From contig OZ218960.1 of assembly GCA_965112735.1 (NCBI GenBank), positions 1,860,001-1,924,000 of the forward strand: a stretch of 64,000 bases of DNA. The letters are read 5' to 3'. Below are positions 52,521 to 64,000 of the stretch, piece after piece. Under the pieces are notes generated by a model. The model was given only the letters and a program-made list of their open reading frames with translations, was not told the DNA's origin and searched no databases. Numbering within the stretch: the first letter of the stretch is position 1; every line of letters begins with the position of its first letter. Source of the DNA: Phaeosaccion multiseriatum (taxonomy: Eukaryota > Protista > Ochrophyta, other classes). Both the position numbers and the translations under genes were made by a program.

Positions 52521-54037
52521 CACGACTCACGGCCCCATCTCGTGTGCACAGCTCAATATGAAGTGCCTCTTGGCGGAGTTTGGAAACAGCAAAAGCACCC
52601 TGCCGAAGCGCCTCCCCGGAAAGGTAAGACGGGCAGGGCAGCCTGGCTTGAATTGAAGGGGTCTCAAGGGTCAACGGCAGCAGCAGTAGAGTAGTGGTAG
52701 TAGCAGCAGCAGTAGTAGTAGTAGTAGTAGTAGGAGGAGGAGGAGGAGCGGACTCACTCACTCTCTCTCTCATACACACACTTGCACACACACACTCTCT
52801 CTCTCTGACACACACACGTGCCATACAGGTGTTGGAGATTGAAACGATGAAACTGTCAAGAGAGCTCCGGCGGCGCTTTGCCTTTCTAAGCCACCTCCCC
52901 GAGCACAGCAATGTGACCTTTGTGGAGCTCGACATTCGCCACCTCCTTAGCGACACCACATTAGCCAAGTTTAGGCCCGAGATGCACAAGCGGCAAAAGC
53001 AGAGGCGCCTCATTAGGAAGGAGGAGCACAGAGAGAATGTGGCTGCTGAGCGAGCGGTGAGTGAGGGAGTGAGGGGGGGGGGTGTGGGTGAGTGAGTTGA
53101 TTCTGTGGGTGGGGAAGGGAGGGAGTGCGTAATTGAGTGGGTGGGTAGGTGAGTGAGTGAGTGAGTGAGTGAGTGAGTGACTAAGTGAGTGGGTGAGTGA
53201 GTGAGTGGGTGGGTGCATGAGTGAGTGGGTGCGTGATTTGGAGAGTGCTCTGACACATGGCTGCCGCTGGCCGTGGTTAAGTCTCGCTGCATCTAATCTT
53301 TCTCCTCCTTGATGGACTCTGCTGTATAACAGGCTGCAGACAAGGCCGAGCGGATGGCTCTCTTGCGCTCCATGACCATAGATTTGTATGGGCCTCTCCC
53401 CGGTACCAGCTTGGCCAAGGGGGGGGATGGAGAGGCAGGTGGAGATAGCGAGGATCAGTCAGCAGCAGCAGTAGCAGTAGCAACGGGAGAAGGAGGAGGA
53501 GGAGGAGGAGGAGGAGGAGGAGGAGGAGGAGGAGGGCTTGGTATGCCTCCTGGCGGGATGGTCGGAAGAGGGGCAGAGGAGGAGGCAGCAGCAGTGAGCG
53601 ACAGCGGAGGCCTTTTTCTCGACAGAGGAGCAGAGCGAGATGCCAGCACAGCCCACACATCGACCCCCGGCGGGTGGGGACGGGACAGGCCGGGAGGCCC
53701 CAGCAGCACGGATGCACAAGCGATTTCCTTTGCCAAAATTACTCAAGCAGGGGGGCATTTCCCCACGCTGACGTCGTCGAAAGGGCCTTCGAGTGGTGGT
53801 GGTGGTGGTGGTGGTGGTGGTGGTGGTGTGACTCGCACGGCAGGGGGGGTGTGGGGGAAGGGTGCTCGGAGCAGCAGCATGAGCAGCAATAGCAGCAACG
53901 GTGACGGTGCTGCTGCTGCCCCCATTGATTGGGCGACGGCGGCGGAAGGAGAGGCGCTGGGAGAAGGCACGAAGAAAAGCAAGAAGAAGAACAAGAAGGT
54001 GAACGTGTTTGCTACCGGTGGAGCTCGAGGGCGGTAG
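50158..54037 (+). CDS. RNF10: RING finger E3 ubiquitin ligase RNF10/Mag2
   Basis: ANHLLNF, KDQYLMANFRF, D..VEW|DDI, CPVCLEAPQIPRITRCGHVYCYVCILR|..RCPCC, FYQWGDGQRVFLHP|LNMKCL, RRRFAFLSHLP, KKKNKKVNVFATGGARGR*. One frame break near 50476-50542. Confidence 0.92.
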
Positions 54038-54764
54038 CGCCCGCCTCCAAGGACAAGTTCACACAAATCGTGTGTGTTTGTTCCTTGGTGGAGAGGAAGG
54101 CACGGCCCCACAAGGCGCAGAGAGAGGGGGTGGGGGGGGGGGCAGCATCGTAGCATGAGGCCCGGCCCTTCGCCTTCAGTAACTTGCCTTCCTCAGTAAC
54201 TCACCAACTCAAAATATATTTTCGGTCGTCCCATGTTTCGTAAGCCAACGCGTCTTCTCCAATCACTGCCAGGCATGAAGTGGGGCACAGCCCTCCTGTC
54301 GGAAGTGCTTCAGATGCACACCGCATAACACGGCCTTGAGCAGCAGGAGGAGGTGCTCCGTGCTCCTGGCCCCCGCGTGCTTTGCGCTGCTGACGAGGCC
54401 CGAAGCCCGAGGACTCCCACTCCTTTGTGCCCTCAAACCTCTCGCCTACGAAACGAGTGGTCTCCTCAGCAGATGCCATTGGTGGTGGGTGTATGGGTGT
54501 TATTGCACAGTGGTACAAGGAGCGAGAGATGTGCAGAGGGGGGCGAGTGGAGGCCCCGCCTGCGTCCACTGTGAAGAATCTGGAGAGCCAACATGGGCAC
54601 TTCCGAATCAATTTTCTGACTTCTGACAGGCAGAGGCCAAGGAGACGGAGAGGAACCACTCTCTCTGGCGCTATGTTTGTGCGTGTGTGCGTGGGTGCGT
54701 GTGGATGTGTGTGTGTGCGCGTGCATGCGTGTGGATGTGTGCGCGTGCGTGCGTGTGTGGGTGT

Positions 54765-54996
<232 letters not shown>

Positions 54997-56244
54997 ATGA
55001 GGTCCATGAGGTCCAGGAGGGCCAGCAGCGGAGCGATGGGGCAACGAGTCGGGCTCGGTGAGGCAAGCGGTACACGGCTTGGAGTTTCGATCATACGTAT
55101 TAATTTCGGTTTACCCTTCACCAAGAACGTCACCCTCCCTCCCTGCCTTTCTGCCTTGTGTGTGTTTGTGTGTGTGTGTGTGAGTATGTGTGTGTGTGAT
55201 CGAGGGCCTCAAGCAGTGCAGACTTGCTTCTCCCATGCCCTCTAATTCATGATGCTACTCCTCGGGCATCGGGCATGCCCGTAGCACACAACGTCACCCA
55301 CGCCCTCATGGAAACCACGCGTCGCTACAGCCTCTCTGAGACGAATGGCACACTAGCTAGGATTAGGATTGACTCAAATAGGCCAGCGAGTGGGACTGAG
55401 TAACGCCAACGGCGGACGGCGAGCCAGCCTGCATCTTCACGCATCCGGTTCTTATTCTATTCTCGCTTCCCCTCATGTTCTCCCGATGCCTCCTTACCCT
55501 CTTCTCTCTCCGTCTCCTTGCGTGTGTAAGGAAGCCCCTGCTCCATCGCGAGGCCATAAAGGCGCACAGTCTTGCTTCTCTCCATCTCCACCCCTCCTCC
55601 TACTTCCAAGATACTGCGCATTCGTCTCACCCTTTGAAGCCAACGCCGCCCACGCCCGCATCCAAGCCTATCATCGCAACAGTATCTCTCAGCCCAGCTT
55701 CGCACTACATCCACTACTCAATGGAACCTGCGGAATCGCTTGGGCAGCTGGACCTCACCCCCAACACGGAGTGCCTTCCCGTTCTTGGGGCACTGGGCAG
55801 GGAAGACAGGGAGAGAGCAGCGGCGACGGCGGCGGCGGGACCAGAGGCGGTGCGCGGCTTCCTTCTCTCGCTCCTCGCTTCGTACGCTTTCCTCCCATGG
55901 ACGCCTCCTCCTCCTCACGGCCAGCACCGGGGGGGGGGGCTGTAGCGTAGGGCTCGTTGCGCACCACCACTCTCCTCGGCCTCTTCCCTGCCTGCTGATG
56001 CGCGCATGCCTGTTGCACATCCCGCTCATCCGTCCCTTCGCCTGCTCGTCACACTCTCCAACGCTTCAGCGCTTTATTCTGGGCCCCATGGGAGATGCGG
56101 ACGTCTCCTTTGGCCACGTGCTGTTCGCAACCCTCCACGTGACAGAGTAACAGAGCTTGACCTGCTCCCCTCACCCCGTGTGTGTGAGTTGTGTGTGTGA
56201 GCTTGTAGCTAGCGGTACCGCGCGACAGAGGATCTCTCTCTCTG

Positions 56245-56289
<45 letters not shown>

Positions 56290-56311
56290 CTCGCTCTCTT
56301 CCCGTGCCCGA

Positions 56312-58948
56312 TTACAGAGAACCCATCTCCCTCCCCTCCCGCACCACCCTCCGTACGTCATCAGCTGCGCACAAGGCCCGACCCAGACTCCCCTCCTTCT
56401 GCTGCTCACTGCTGCGGTCATCGCCCCCTTCTTGCCCTTCTTGCCCTGGTTTCCCGTGTCGTCCTGCTGCTGCTACTTCGGCCGCATCCACCAGCACTTC
56501 GGCAGCGATCCTTGCTTCCTCGTTGTTGTGATGGAGCATCCTCAGGGCCTCCCCCCACCGCAGCAGCTCCGAGAGGAAAGCGGAAGCTCCCACCCGGCCC
56601 AAGGGAGGCTCCCTGCCTGTTCCTCCTCTTCCTCCTCCTTCTGCTCCTGCTGCAGCTGCTGTTGTGGTTTCCTCCTCTGTGGTGAGAAGGGCGTCGGGAC
56701 AGGCAATCAAGGGAGGAGGTGGGGGGAGGAGGGACTGATTAATCGGAGCGAGAAAGCAGGCTCACGGACACGGAAGAGAAGAGAAGAGAAGAGAAGAGGA
56801 GACGAGAGGAGGAAGAGGAGAGGAGAGGAGGAAGAAGAGGAAAGGGAGAGGGGAGGGCGCTGGGACCTAACTAGCTGTGGGCCGCTTGAGCGAGGGAGCG
56901 CTGGTGGCAACCACGCAGCCAACCCACGTACCGGCTGAGGACAGCCCTGGGGGAGGAGGGGGTGCGAAGGGGTTGCAGAGTTCGGTGAGTAGCCAGCAGC
57001 AGTAGACGCACAGGGCCGCGTTATCGGGCCACCTTCGAAGGGCTGCTAGGGCGTTCTCGTGCAGTTTCAGTTTTATTGCCGCCTGGGGGGGGGGGGGGGC
57101 GTCCGGACAACAATGGGGTGGGGTGGGTGTTAGGACAGAGAGTGGGAGAGTGGGCAACGGTCACACAGGCTCGATGCGGTGTCCGTAGGGAGAGGTCGGC
57201 GGCGTATGGTGTCATGGTGGGAAAGCCGAGGCAAGGCAAGGCGGGCCTGCCCTGGCTGCTTCCCAACGAGCGCTTCCCAAGCGGCTATGCCTTCCTTCCT
57301 TCCTTCCTTCCTTCCTTCCTTCCTTCCTTCCTTCCTTCCTTCCTTCCTTCCTTCCTTCCTCCATCCCTTTCTGGCCGCGCGTACTGTACAGTTCTTCTCT
57401 ACTCGCCCTACTCATGCACGCACGCACGCACACACACACGCACGCGCGCACACATACACACACAGACACACACACGTACGTACCCTTTGCGCCGCCTCCT
57501 CCCGCTCCACTGCAGCGAAAAGCGTGCTAATGACGTACGTGTGAAGCTCCCCGTCGTCGGAGTGCCTCTCCAGCATACCCTTCAACACCTCTTGCCCGCC
57601 CGCCCCGAGGAGATCGAGCTGAAACTCAGGCACCTCTTGCACTGGCGGGGGAGGGGAGGAGCGAAGAAGGGAGGTGGGCGTTATGTGTTGGTTGTTGGTC
57701 ATTGGGTTTGGGGTGTTGGAAGTATTGGGTAGTGGGCGTTTGGGCATTGAATGTGCACGTCACCGCCGGTCAGCAACAAAGGGGATTCTGTTGACTTGTA
57801 GGAATCTACCTAAGAATTACGAGTGTGTGTTGTTCTGTGTGCAACAAAGGGAAGGGGCAGCCAGGGACGGCCTGTCGTATCACCAATCGCCAATGAATTT
57901 CCTTCCGTTTGCCAGCCAACGCAGCCAGCGAACACAGCACTCCCACTCACACTCAACACTCACACTCACACTCAACACTCACACTTCCACTGCCACTGCC
58001 ACTGCCACTGCCACTCCACTCTCACTCACCATAGGCGTTGACTGCCCAGCAGCCGTACTTGCAAATATCCCTGTCCGCCTGCCACTTGCGCACGACGTGC
58101 AGCAGCAGCCCCACCCCTCGCTTGTCCAAGACCTCACGACGGGAGCGCTGCTTCCCCTCTTGCTGCCCCTCTTTCCCCTCCTCGTTCTCTTTCCTCTCCT
58201 CTATCCTCCCCTCTCTGCTTTCCGCTTTGCCCTCCTCCTTCCCCTCTTTCCCCTCCCCCACCCCTGGTCCTTTCCCTTGCTCTTGCTCTTGCCTCCTGCT
58301 CCGCTCCTCCTCCTCTCCATCATCGTCCTTCAGCATAAGCGCAGCCAAGCCCCTTAACGTGGCCTTGTGCACCGCCACCTCCTCATGAACGCCCCTTGCG
58401 TTGATGAAGTACCTCTCCTCACACAGGAACACGCCGAGGAAGTCTGTGGTGCTTCGTGCCGAGGTAGCATGTGCCATGCGTTGGAGGGGAGTGAGCTCCA
58501 CCTCGGACGAACGCCGGACGACTCGCGTCAACGCCTGCGCGGCCAGGGCAAGGGGAGGGGAGGGGAGGAGAGGGGGGGGTGTCAACACATTTGACAGACG
58601 GATAGGCAGACCGGTAGACAGACAGGTAGACAGCGTGCTACCATTCCGTTTGATGCTTCTCGAACTCCAGTGGCTTTAGCCCTGTCCCGTCCCGTTACCG
58701 TCCCGTCAGAGAGGGGGGGGAGAGGGGGTGAGAGAACAGGTGTGAAGGCCTCTCCCTGCTTCCATCTTTGTGTCCCTCTTGCGCTTCTCTCCCTGCTTCC
58801 ATCCATGTGTCCCTCTTGCGCTTCTCTCCCTGCTTCCATCCATGTGTCCCTCTTGCGCTTCTCTCCCTGCTTCCATCCATGTGTCCCTCTTGCGCTTCTC
58901 TCCATCTTACTCTCCCTCTCTTCTTCTCACTCTCCCTATCTCTCTCTC

Positions 58949-58990
<42 letters not shown>

Positions 58991-60450
58991 AAGTCCCCAC
59001 GTCTCCCCCGGAAACACATGAGCTCACCCAGCCCCACCCTCACGCCCACCCTCCGCCCTCGGCCCTCAACTCACCCCTCTATCCGCCGTGTATCCCCGAC
59101 GCGGGTGCACCACTCGAAGCACCTTGTCATTTGGAATGGCCTTTCGTGTCTTAACCTCAGCCCTTCCGTCCAGAACATGGGCCTGAAGCTCGTCCTTCGC
59201 CTTCCCACTGCTGCTGTCGCCCCCTCCGCCGGCCTTCTTCTTTTTCGTTCCCCCCGGGGCGGAGCTCGAGATGGAGCTTAAGGCCTGCTCTCGCGTTGGG
59301 AAGATCCTGCATACGCGGCCTACCTTCACCACCCATATCCATGCCTCCTCCTCCTCCCGCTCCTCCCCCTCCGAGGCGTCTGCTTCTGGGTTGCTGCTCT
59401 TCTTGTCTGCTGCCTGAGAAGCCGGAAGAGGGGGGAGGCGAGGGAGAGTAGAGTGGCTGGAGCGTGAATGACAGATTCATTGATTGATGTCAATAGAGAT
59501 GGCACCTGCCCCCATCCTGGCCTCGTTGCTTTCGGCCACAACACTCATGACTGAAAGAGAGAGCATACAATATAGTACTTCATGCACTGCTAAAGTATAC
59601 GCTGCCAAAGCTTCATTAAGCATGGCAGATCATACCCCCCTCTCCCCCCGACACACTTCCTATTACTCTTCCCCCTCTCCACCTCCCTTTCAATTCACAT
59701 ACCTCATCCTGGGCCTGTTCAGGCAAGCCGCCCCACTCCTCGATGGCCAGCTGCAGAGCATGCTTCGCTTCCCTCCCCTCTTCGACGGATGGCCATGCCG
59801 GGTACTGCTCGCGCTCCGATATTATCAAGCTACGCAGTAGCGAGCACGTCTGAGTGGAGGAGGGGGAGGACAAGCATTAGCCTTGGAATTGCTAATAGCG
59901 AAGACCAAGGACAACTTTGTGAAGATGTAGCTCGAATGCTCACTCCCCAAGTGGCAAGAAAAGACCCTGTTATCGTACCAGTCTCGTCTCCTCTCCTCTG
60001 CTCTAGTAGCCCACTACTATCTATCCTGCCACCTCACCTGCTCTCCTTTCCCCCTCCTCCTCTCCTCTGCTCTAGTAAATGCTTCAGTCCGCTACTCTAC
60101 AATCCTGCCGCTTCACCTCCTCTCCTCTCCCCCTCCTCTCCTCTGATCTGCTCTAGTATCCCTGTGTTACTATCCTGCCTCCTCACCTCCGTAGGGCGGG
60201 CAAAGTACATGGCTGTATCTTTGAGACTGGCGATTCGGATGACGGGGGCGCCCCCAACATCCTCGTACACCCCCTCAATCTCTGCAATGTCTAGAGCAGC
60301 GCCTACGTCGAGCAGAAAGTTCGCCCACTGGGACTGTGCATGACTCAATTGCACCGTCACTGGAATAGGCACTTGTTTCGGCCTGTCGCCCTCTTTGTAA
60401 AAGTAGACCACGATTTCTCGCTTGAGCTCCTTCTTCTGCTGACCCATCAT
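56312..60450 (-). CDS. Hypothetical protein with small N-terminal globular domain and ARM-like helical repeats
   Basis: Multi-exon: MMGQQKKELKREIVVYFY..., VAVHKATLRGLAAL, VGLLLHVVRKWQADRDICKYGCWAV, VLKGMLERHSDDGELH, ALAALRRWPDNAALCVYCCWLL. 3' end uncertain. Confidence 0.6.
58750..58905. repeat. 37-bp minisatellite x4 (CTCTCCCTGCTTCCATCCATGTGTCCCTCTTGCGCTT)
   Basis: GCGCTT recurs at a 37-bp period (ending 58786, 58823, 58860, 58897). Confidence 0.95.
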
Positions 60451-60653
60451 GGCTCGCCTCCTGCCGCTTGCCACAGAACGTCGTGCAGCGGAAGGGGTGT
60501 ATGCTTCTCAGGTCAGCCACATGTGGAAGGGTCGGAAGCTAACAGGAGAAGGGGGGGGGGAAGAGAGAAAAACAAAATACAGTTTCGTTCATGAAACTCA
60601 AACTTCAAACCCCATTTTCTTTTCTTTTTTCTTTTTTTGGCTGCTCTCCTCCT

Positions 60654-60863
60654 TCGGCTCCCCGCAGGGCTTCTCTGCCCCCCCCGATAAGCAGAAGCCT
60701 GAGGCGGCCTGTGGCCGAAAGCAACAAGCCCGGGGTTGGCCTGCGGCCAGAAGCCTGCATAATTTCTCCCCCCCCCTGAGCCCCCCTGAGAAGCCTGAAG
60801 CCCAGACCGCTGGCCTGCGGCGCAGAAGCCCGAAGCCTGAAAGGCAAGCCTGCGGGGGGCCGA
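60654..60863. mobile_element. MITE copy C (210 bp), imperfect TIR, 6-bp TSD CCTCCT
   Basis: TCGGCTCCCCGCAGGGCTT / AAGCCTGCGGGGGGCCGA. CCTCCT at 60648-60653 and 60864-60869. Interior cagaagcctgaggcggcctgtggccgaaagc..ggcctgcggccagaagcc matches the reverse complement of copy B. Confidence 0.9.
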
Positions 60864-61099
60864 CCTCCTCTCCATCCAGAGACCCTGGAAGCTTCATTTA
60901 CATAAGGAACCTTTCCACTTGGTCGCTACCTACCTTACGTACCTACCCGTCCCAGCTCCAGGGGTTCTTTCAGTCCACCAAAGACCCACGCTTCCGAATC
61001 CCCACCCCCCCCCCCTCTCCCCCTCCCCCCTCCTTCACACGATGTACTTCCCGGAGAGTCCTTCAGATCTAACGATATCAAGGGGCCGACTATCCCTTC

Positions 61100-62191
61100 T
61101 CAGCTTGGAGGGGCTGTTCCTGGACCCCCAGCAGGACCATTCTGGCTCTGATACTCTGCAAATCTGCGGAGAAAGGGGGAGAGAGAGAGTAGGTGTGTGA
61201 GTGATGGAGAGAGAGAGAGGGATAGAAAGACGACAGGCCAGAGGCCAGTTCGAGAGAGGGGGGGAATCAAGCGTTTTGGCGGAAGGGCAAGGGAAAGGGG
61301 AAACCAAAAGCGAAACACCAGCGAGTGAGCCAAGCAATACTCCCACTTCTTACACACTTAGGTTGATTCCTTAAGTGAATAAAACATTCCCAATGGACAT
61401 GAAAGGGATACAGATAAGGAACAGGAAGGAGCCGCGGCGGTTTGCGGTCGGGCCTCGGCCACGAAAGCACCAAGTCATGAGGCAGTGAGGCATCGTCACT
61501 TCAGCAGGAGGGAGAAGGAAGTCGCCCACACATGCCGAGCGGGCCACCCACACTGGACAACAAGGAGTCATTAACTGACCTGTAGCCTACCCTCTGCGTG
61601 AGCTTGATGAATTTTTCGGAGCACTCGTTTATGCACTTCTCTTCCTTGGGGTCGAGCTTCTTCGTCTTGAAGTTCTGCGGAGGAGGAGGAGGAGGAGGAG
61701 GAGGAGGAGGTGTACCCAGGGTCGGGGACAGGGAAGGGCTTGAAATGAGAAGGGGGATGGCCAGCATGTCACCTTTCATGCCCGCAAGGCAGTCAAACAA
61801 ATATTCACCCTCCCTCCCCGCTTCTACTGAGTCCAGCAGCCCCCAACTTGCAAATCTGAGCCTCACTCGACCCTTCGTCCCTACTTCTGCTTCTTCTTCT
61901 GCTTCCCACGTCCGCTCTGCTCCCTTTTTTGCGTTTCCTTCGCGAGGCCATCGTTCCTCTCCACCCTCACCCACACCTCCAAAAGCGCACGGCCGCGTCT
62001 CTGCCTTCCTTCCACACGTCTGCCTCTCGACGCCCCTGTCCATCGGCCTGCCTGCCAGTGTGTCTCACCCGTGCGCACTCGTTGAAACACTTGTGCACGA
62101 GAGAGTTGTACATCCGTAGCGAGTCGCGCTGCTGAAGCTGTTGGATCTGGCCCATTACTTCCTCCTGCATCTGCTGCGGGTTGGGGTTCAT
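61100..62191 (-). CDS. TIM9: Mitochondrial IMS small Tim chaperone Tim9
   Basis: QQRDSLRMYNSLVHKCFNECAR|NFKTKKLDPKEEKCINECSEKFIKLTQRVGYR|FAEYQ. Twin CX3C motif. Confidence 0.93.
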
Positions 62192-62211
62192 CTTGTCCAC
62201 CCTTCTCTTAA

Positions 62212-62212
62212 A

Positions 62213-62284
<72 letters not shown>
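62212..62284. repeat. (CTA)n microsatellite just upstream of the TIM9 ATG
   Basis: About 24 units. Confidence 0.9.
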
Positions 62285-62285
<1 letters not shown>

Positions 62286-62891
62286 CTCCTCCTCCTCCTC
62301 CTCCTCTTCCTTCTGTCTCCCTTCTGTGGGCCTGCTGCTGCTTGGGAAATAGGTGAATTACTTTTAGTTCCCTCCCTCGCCCTCTGTCCTCCTCCTCCTC
62401 CTCCTCCTCCTCGTCCTCCTCCTCCTCCTTTCTAAGTAAAACTGGTAAGTAGGGGAGAACCGATGGCTTCTAAAGCAGCTCTTCTCTGCTGCTGCTATGG
62501 GTCCTGGCGCTGTCTCGTGAGTGATGATTATCTCGAGGGAAGAGGAGAGAGAGAGGGAATGCCCTAATCCCTGGGTATCCCTTTTCCGTCTTACCTTCAT
62601 ACCTCGGATAGATGCGTTCCCCCTCGACGGCCGGCCACCGTAATCCTGGTCTCGCGACCCCTTCTGCGCTACTGCCTTCATTCCGTCAGGAGGGGCTGTA
62701 GGTGCAAGCTGTGCACCCATTGCACGTACTCTAAGGTGGTTGCATATTGGGTGTTCACCCATAAACGGTGGGGACGATCTTTTGGGATTTGCTTGCCTCT
62801 CTCTCCCTCCACAGCTTGGTGAGCCTTGCGGAAGGGCATAGAAGAAGCTGGCAACAGCAACAACAGCAGCTGGGAGCATTACTCGGTAGCC

Positions 62892-64000
62892 ATGGCGGGC
62901 CGGGGTAGGGGAAGGGCCAACACACTCCCGGCATGGATGACCGCCGAGGGCAAGGGAGGAGTAGAGGCCCAAGCCCCACAGCCCGGAGGACTGAACGGAG
63001 ATAGCCATGAAGGATACCGTGGAGGTGGAGAGGCCTCCTACCCTGCTGCCGCGGCTGCAGATCAGCAGCAGCAGTTCGCGGACGCCCCTTCTGGACCTCC
63101 CAGCGGCGGCGGTGGTGGCAGGGACGGTGGCAGGGACGGTGGCAGGGACGGTGGCAGGGACGACTATCGAGACTCACGGGGAGGGGACGGGAGGGGGTAC
63201 GGAGGAGGGGACGCGAGGGGGTACGGGGGAGGAGGGGGGAGGGGCAGAGACTTCGATCGCGGGGGCGGTGATCGGTACAGAGGAGGGGGGGACCGAGGAG
63301 GAGGAGGGGGCTACCGAGGTGGGGGAGGAGGGCATCGAGGAGGCTTCCGGAACAGGCGTCCTCGGAGCCCGAGTCGCAGCACTAGTCGAGACAGGGAGCG
63401 ACGAGCCGCAAGAAGGGAGCGAAGGGCGGCGCGAGGCAACATGTGGGACATGAAGCCTGCGGGGGTGGACGATGAGACCGCAAAGCAACTCATGGCGGCG
63501 GCCATTCTGCAGCAAAACGCACCCGCCTCCAACCTCAGCATCTCCGGAGGGCACCTGAACAAGTCGGGAGGGGGAGGCGGGGGAGGGGGTGGGGGAGGAA
63601 GGGACGGGGGGATGATGGGGGTGAGCATGCAGCAAACCCGCCACGCCCGGAGGCTCTATGTCGGAGGCGTGCCTCCGGTGGACGACGAGGAGCTGAAAGC
63701 CTTTTTCAACGAAACCATCCACAAAGCCACGGAGGGGAGGGTGCAATTCGAGGGGGGTAGTCCCGTGGTGGACGTGTACCTCAACCGCGATCGGGGCTTT
63801 GCGTTTGTGGAGCTCCGAAGTGTGGAGCTCACCTCAGCGGCGTGCGGGCTGGACGGCATTTCCTTCCGCGGTCAGCAGATGAAGGTCCGGCGCCCCAGTG
63901 ACTACAACCCCGCGCAGGTGCCCCCCACCAGCGGCCCGCCCGTGCATTTCAACATGGCGGCACTAGGGGTGGTATCAACGACTGTCCCCGACGGACCTGG
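62892..64000 (+). CDS. U2AF2: Splicing factor U2AF large subunit (3' end outside window)
   Basis: Open frame from ATG 62892: RGG-rich region, RS domain (SRSRSTSRDRERR), WD..P motif, TRHARRLYVGG, FAFVELRSVE, LDGISFRGQQMKVRRPSDYNP, GVVSTTVPDGP. Confidence 0.95.
   Translation, partial: MAGRGRGRANTLPAWMTAEGKGGVEAQAPQPGGLNGDSHEGYRGGGEASYPAAAAADQQQQFADAPSGPPSGGGGGRDGGRDGGRDGGRDDYRDSRGGDGRGYGGGDARGYGGGGGRGRDFDRGGGDRYRGGGDRGGGGGYRGGGGGHRGGFRNRRPRSPSRSTSRDRERRAARRERRAARGNMWDMKPAGVDDETAKQLMAAAILQQNAPASNLSISGGHLNKSGGGGGGGGGGGRDGGMMGVSMQQTRHARRLYVGGVPPVDDEELKAFFNETIHKATEGRVQFEGGSPVVDVYLNRDRGFAFVELRSVELTSAACGLDGISFRGQQMKVRRPSDYNPAQVPPTSGPPVHFNMAALGVVSTTVPDGP

Overview
Gene-dense, intron-rich eukaryotic nuclear DNA, most likely from a flagellated photosynthetic stramenopile (ochrophyte). 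Support: an ASAF-type bipartite plastid-targeting presequence on VTE4, the ubiquitin variant ([18 protein letters not shown]), and ciliary genes IFT74, TMEM218 and MORN2. About 20 protein genes can be built by hand: HemK-type methyltransferase (5' partial), HMG-box protein, polyubiquitin x4, POLE2, a stand-alone proprotein-convertase P-domain membrane protein, TMEM218, TMEM222, an intronless CPWD-type ankyrin protein, an A_thal_3526-family protein, VTE4, MORN2, a sulfotransferase, a CaaX-ending ankyrin protein, EI24, IFT74, RNF10, an ARM-like orphan, TIM9 and U2AF65 (3' partial). Many are in head-to-head pairs. Introns and exons are full of microsatellites. The most notable non-genic signal is a family of small non-autonomous DNA transposons (MITEs) with 5'-TCGG(C/T)C...GGCCGA-3' termini and exact 6-bp target-site duplications. 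There are three complete copies with three different TSDs, plus one truncated copy. Their interiors are modular arrays of a GC-rich palindrome alternating with a subfamily-specific doubled motif. Other points: a frame break in RNF10 (28-nt micro-intron, +1 frameshift or homopolymer error), a GC-AG intron in POLE2, two copies of a probable retroelement 3' tail, and microsatellites built from splice-signal words. Exon boundaries and gene identities come from manual reading and motif recognition, not from database searches.
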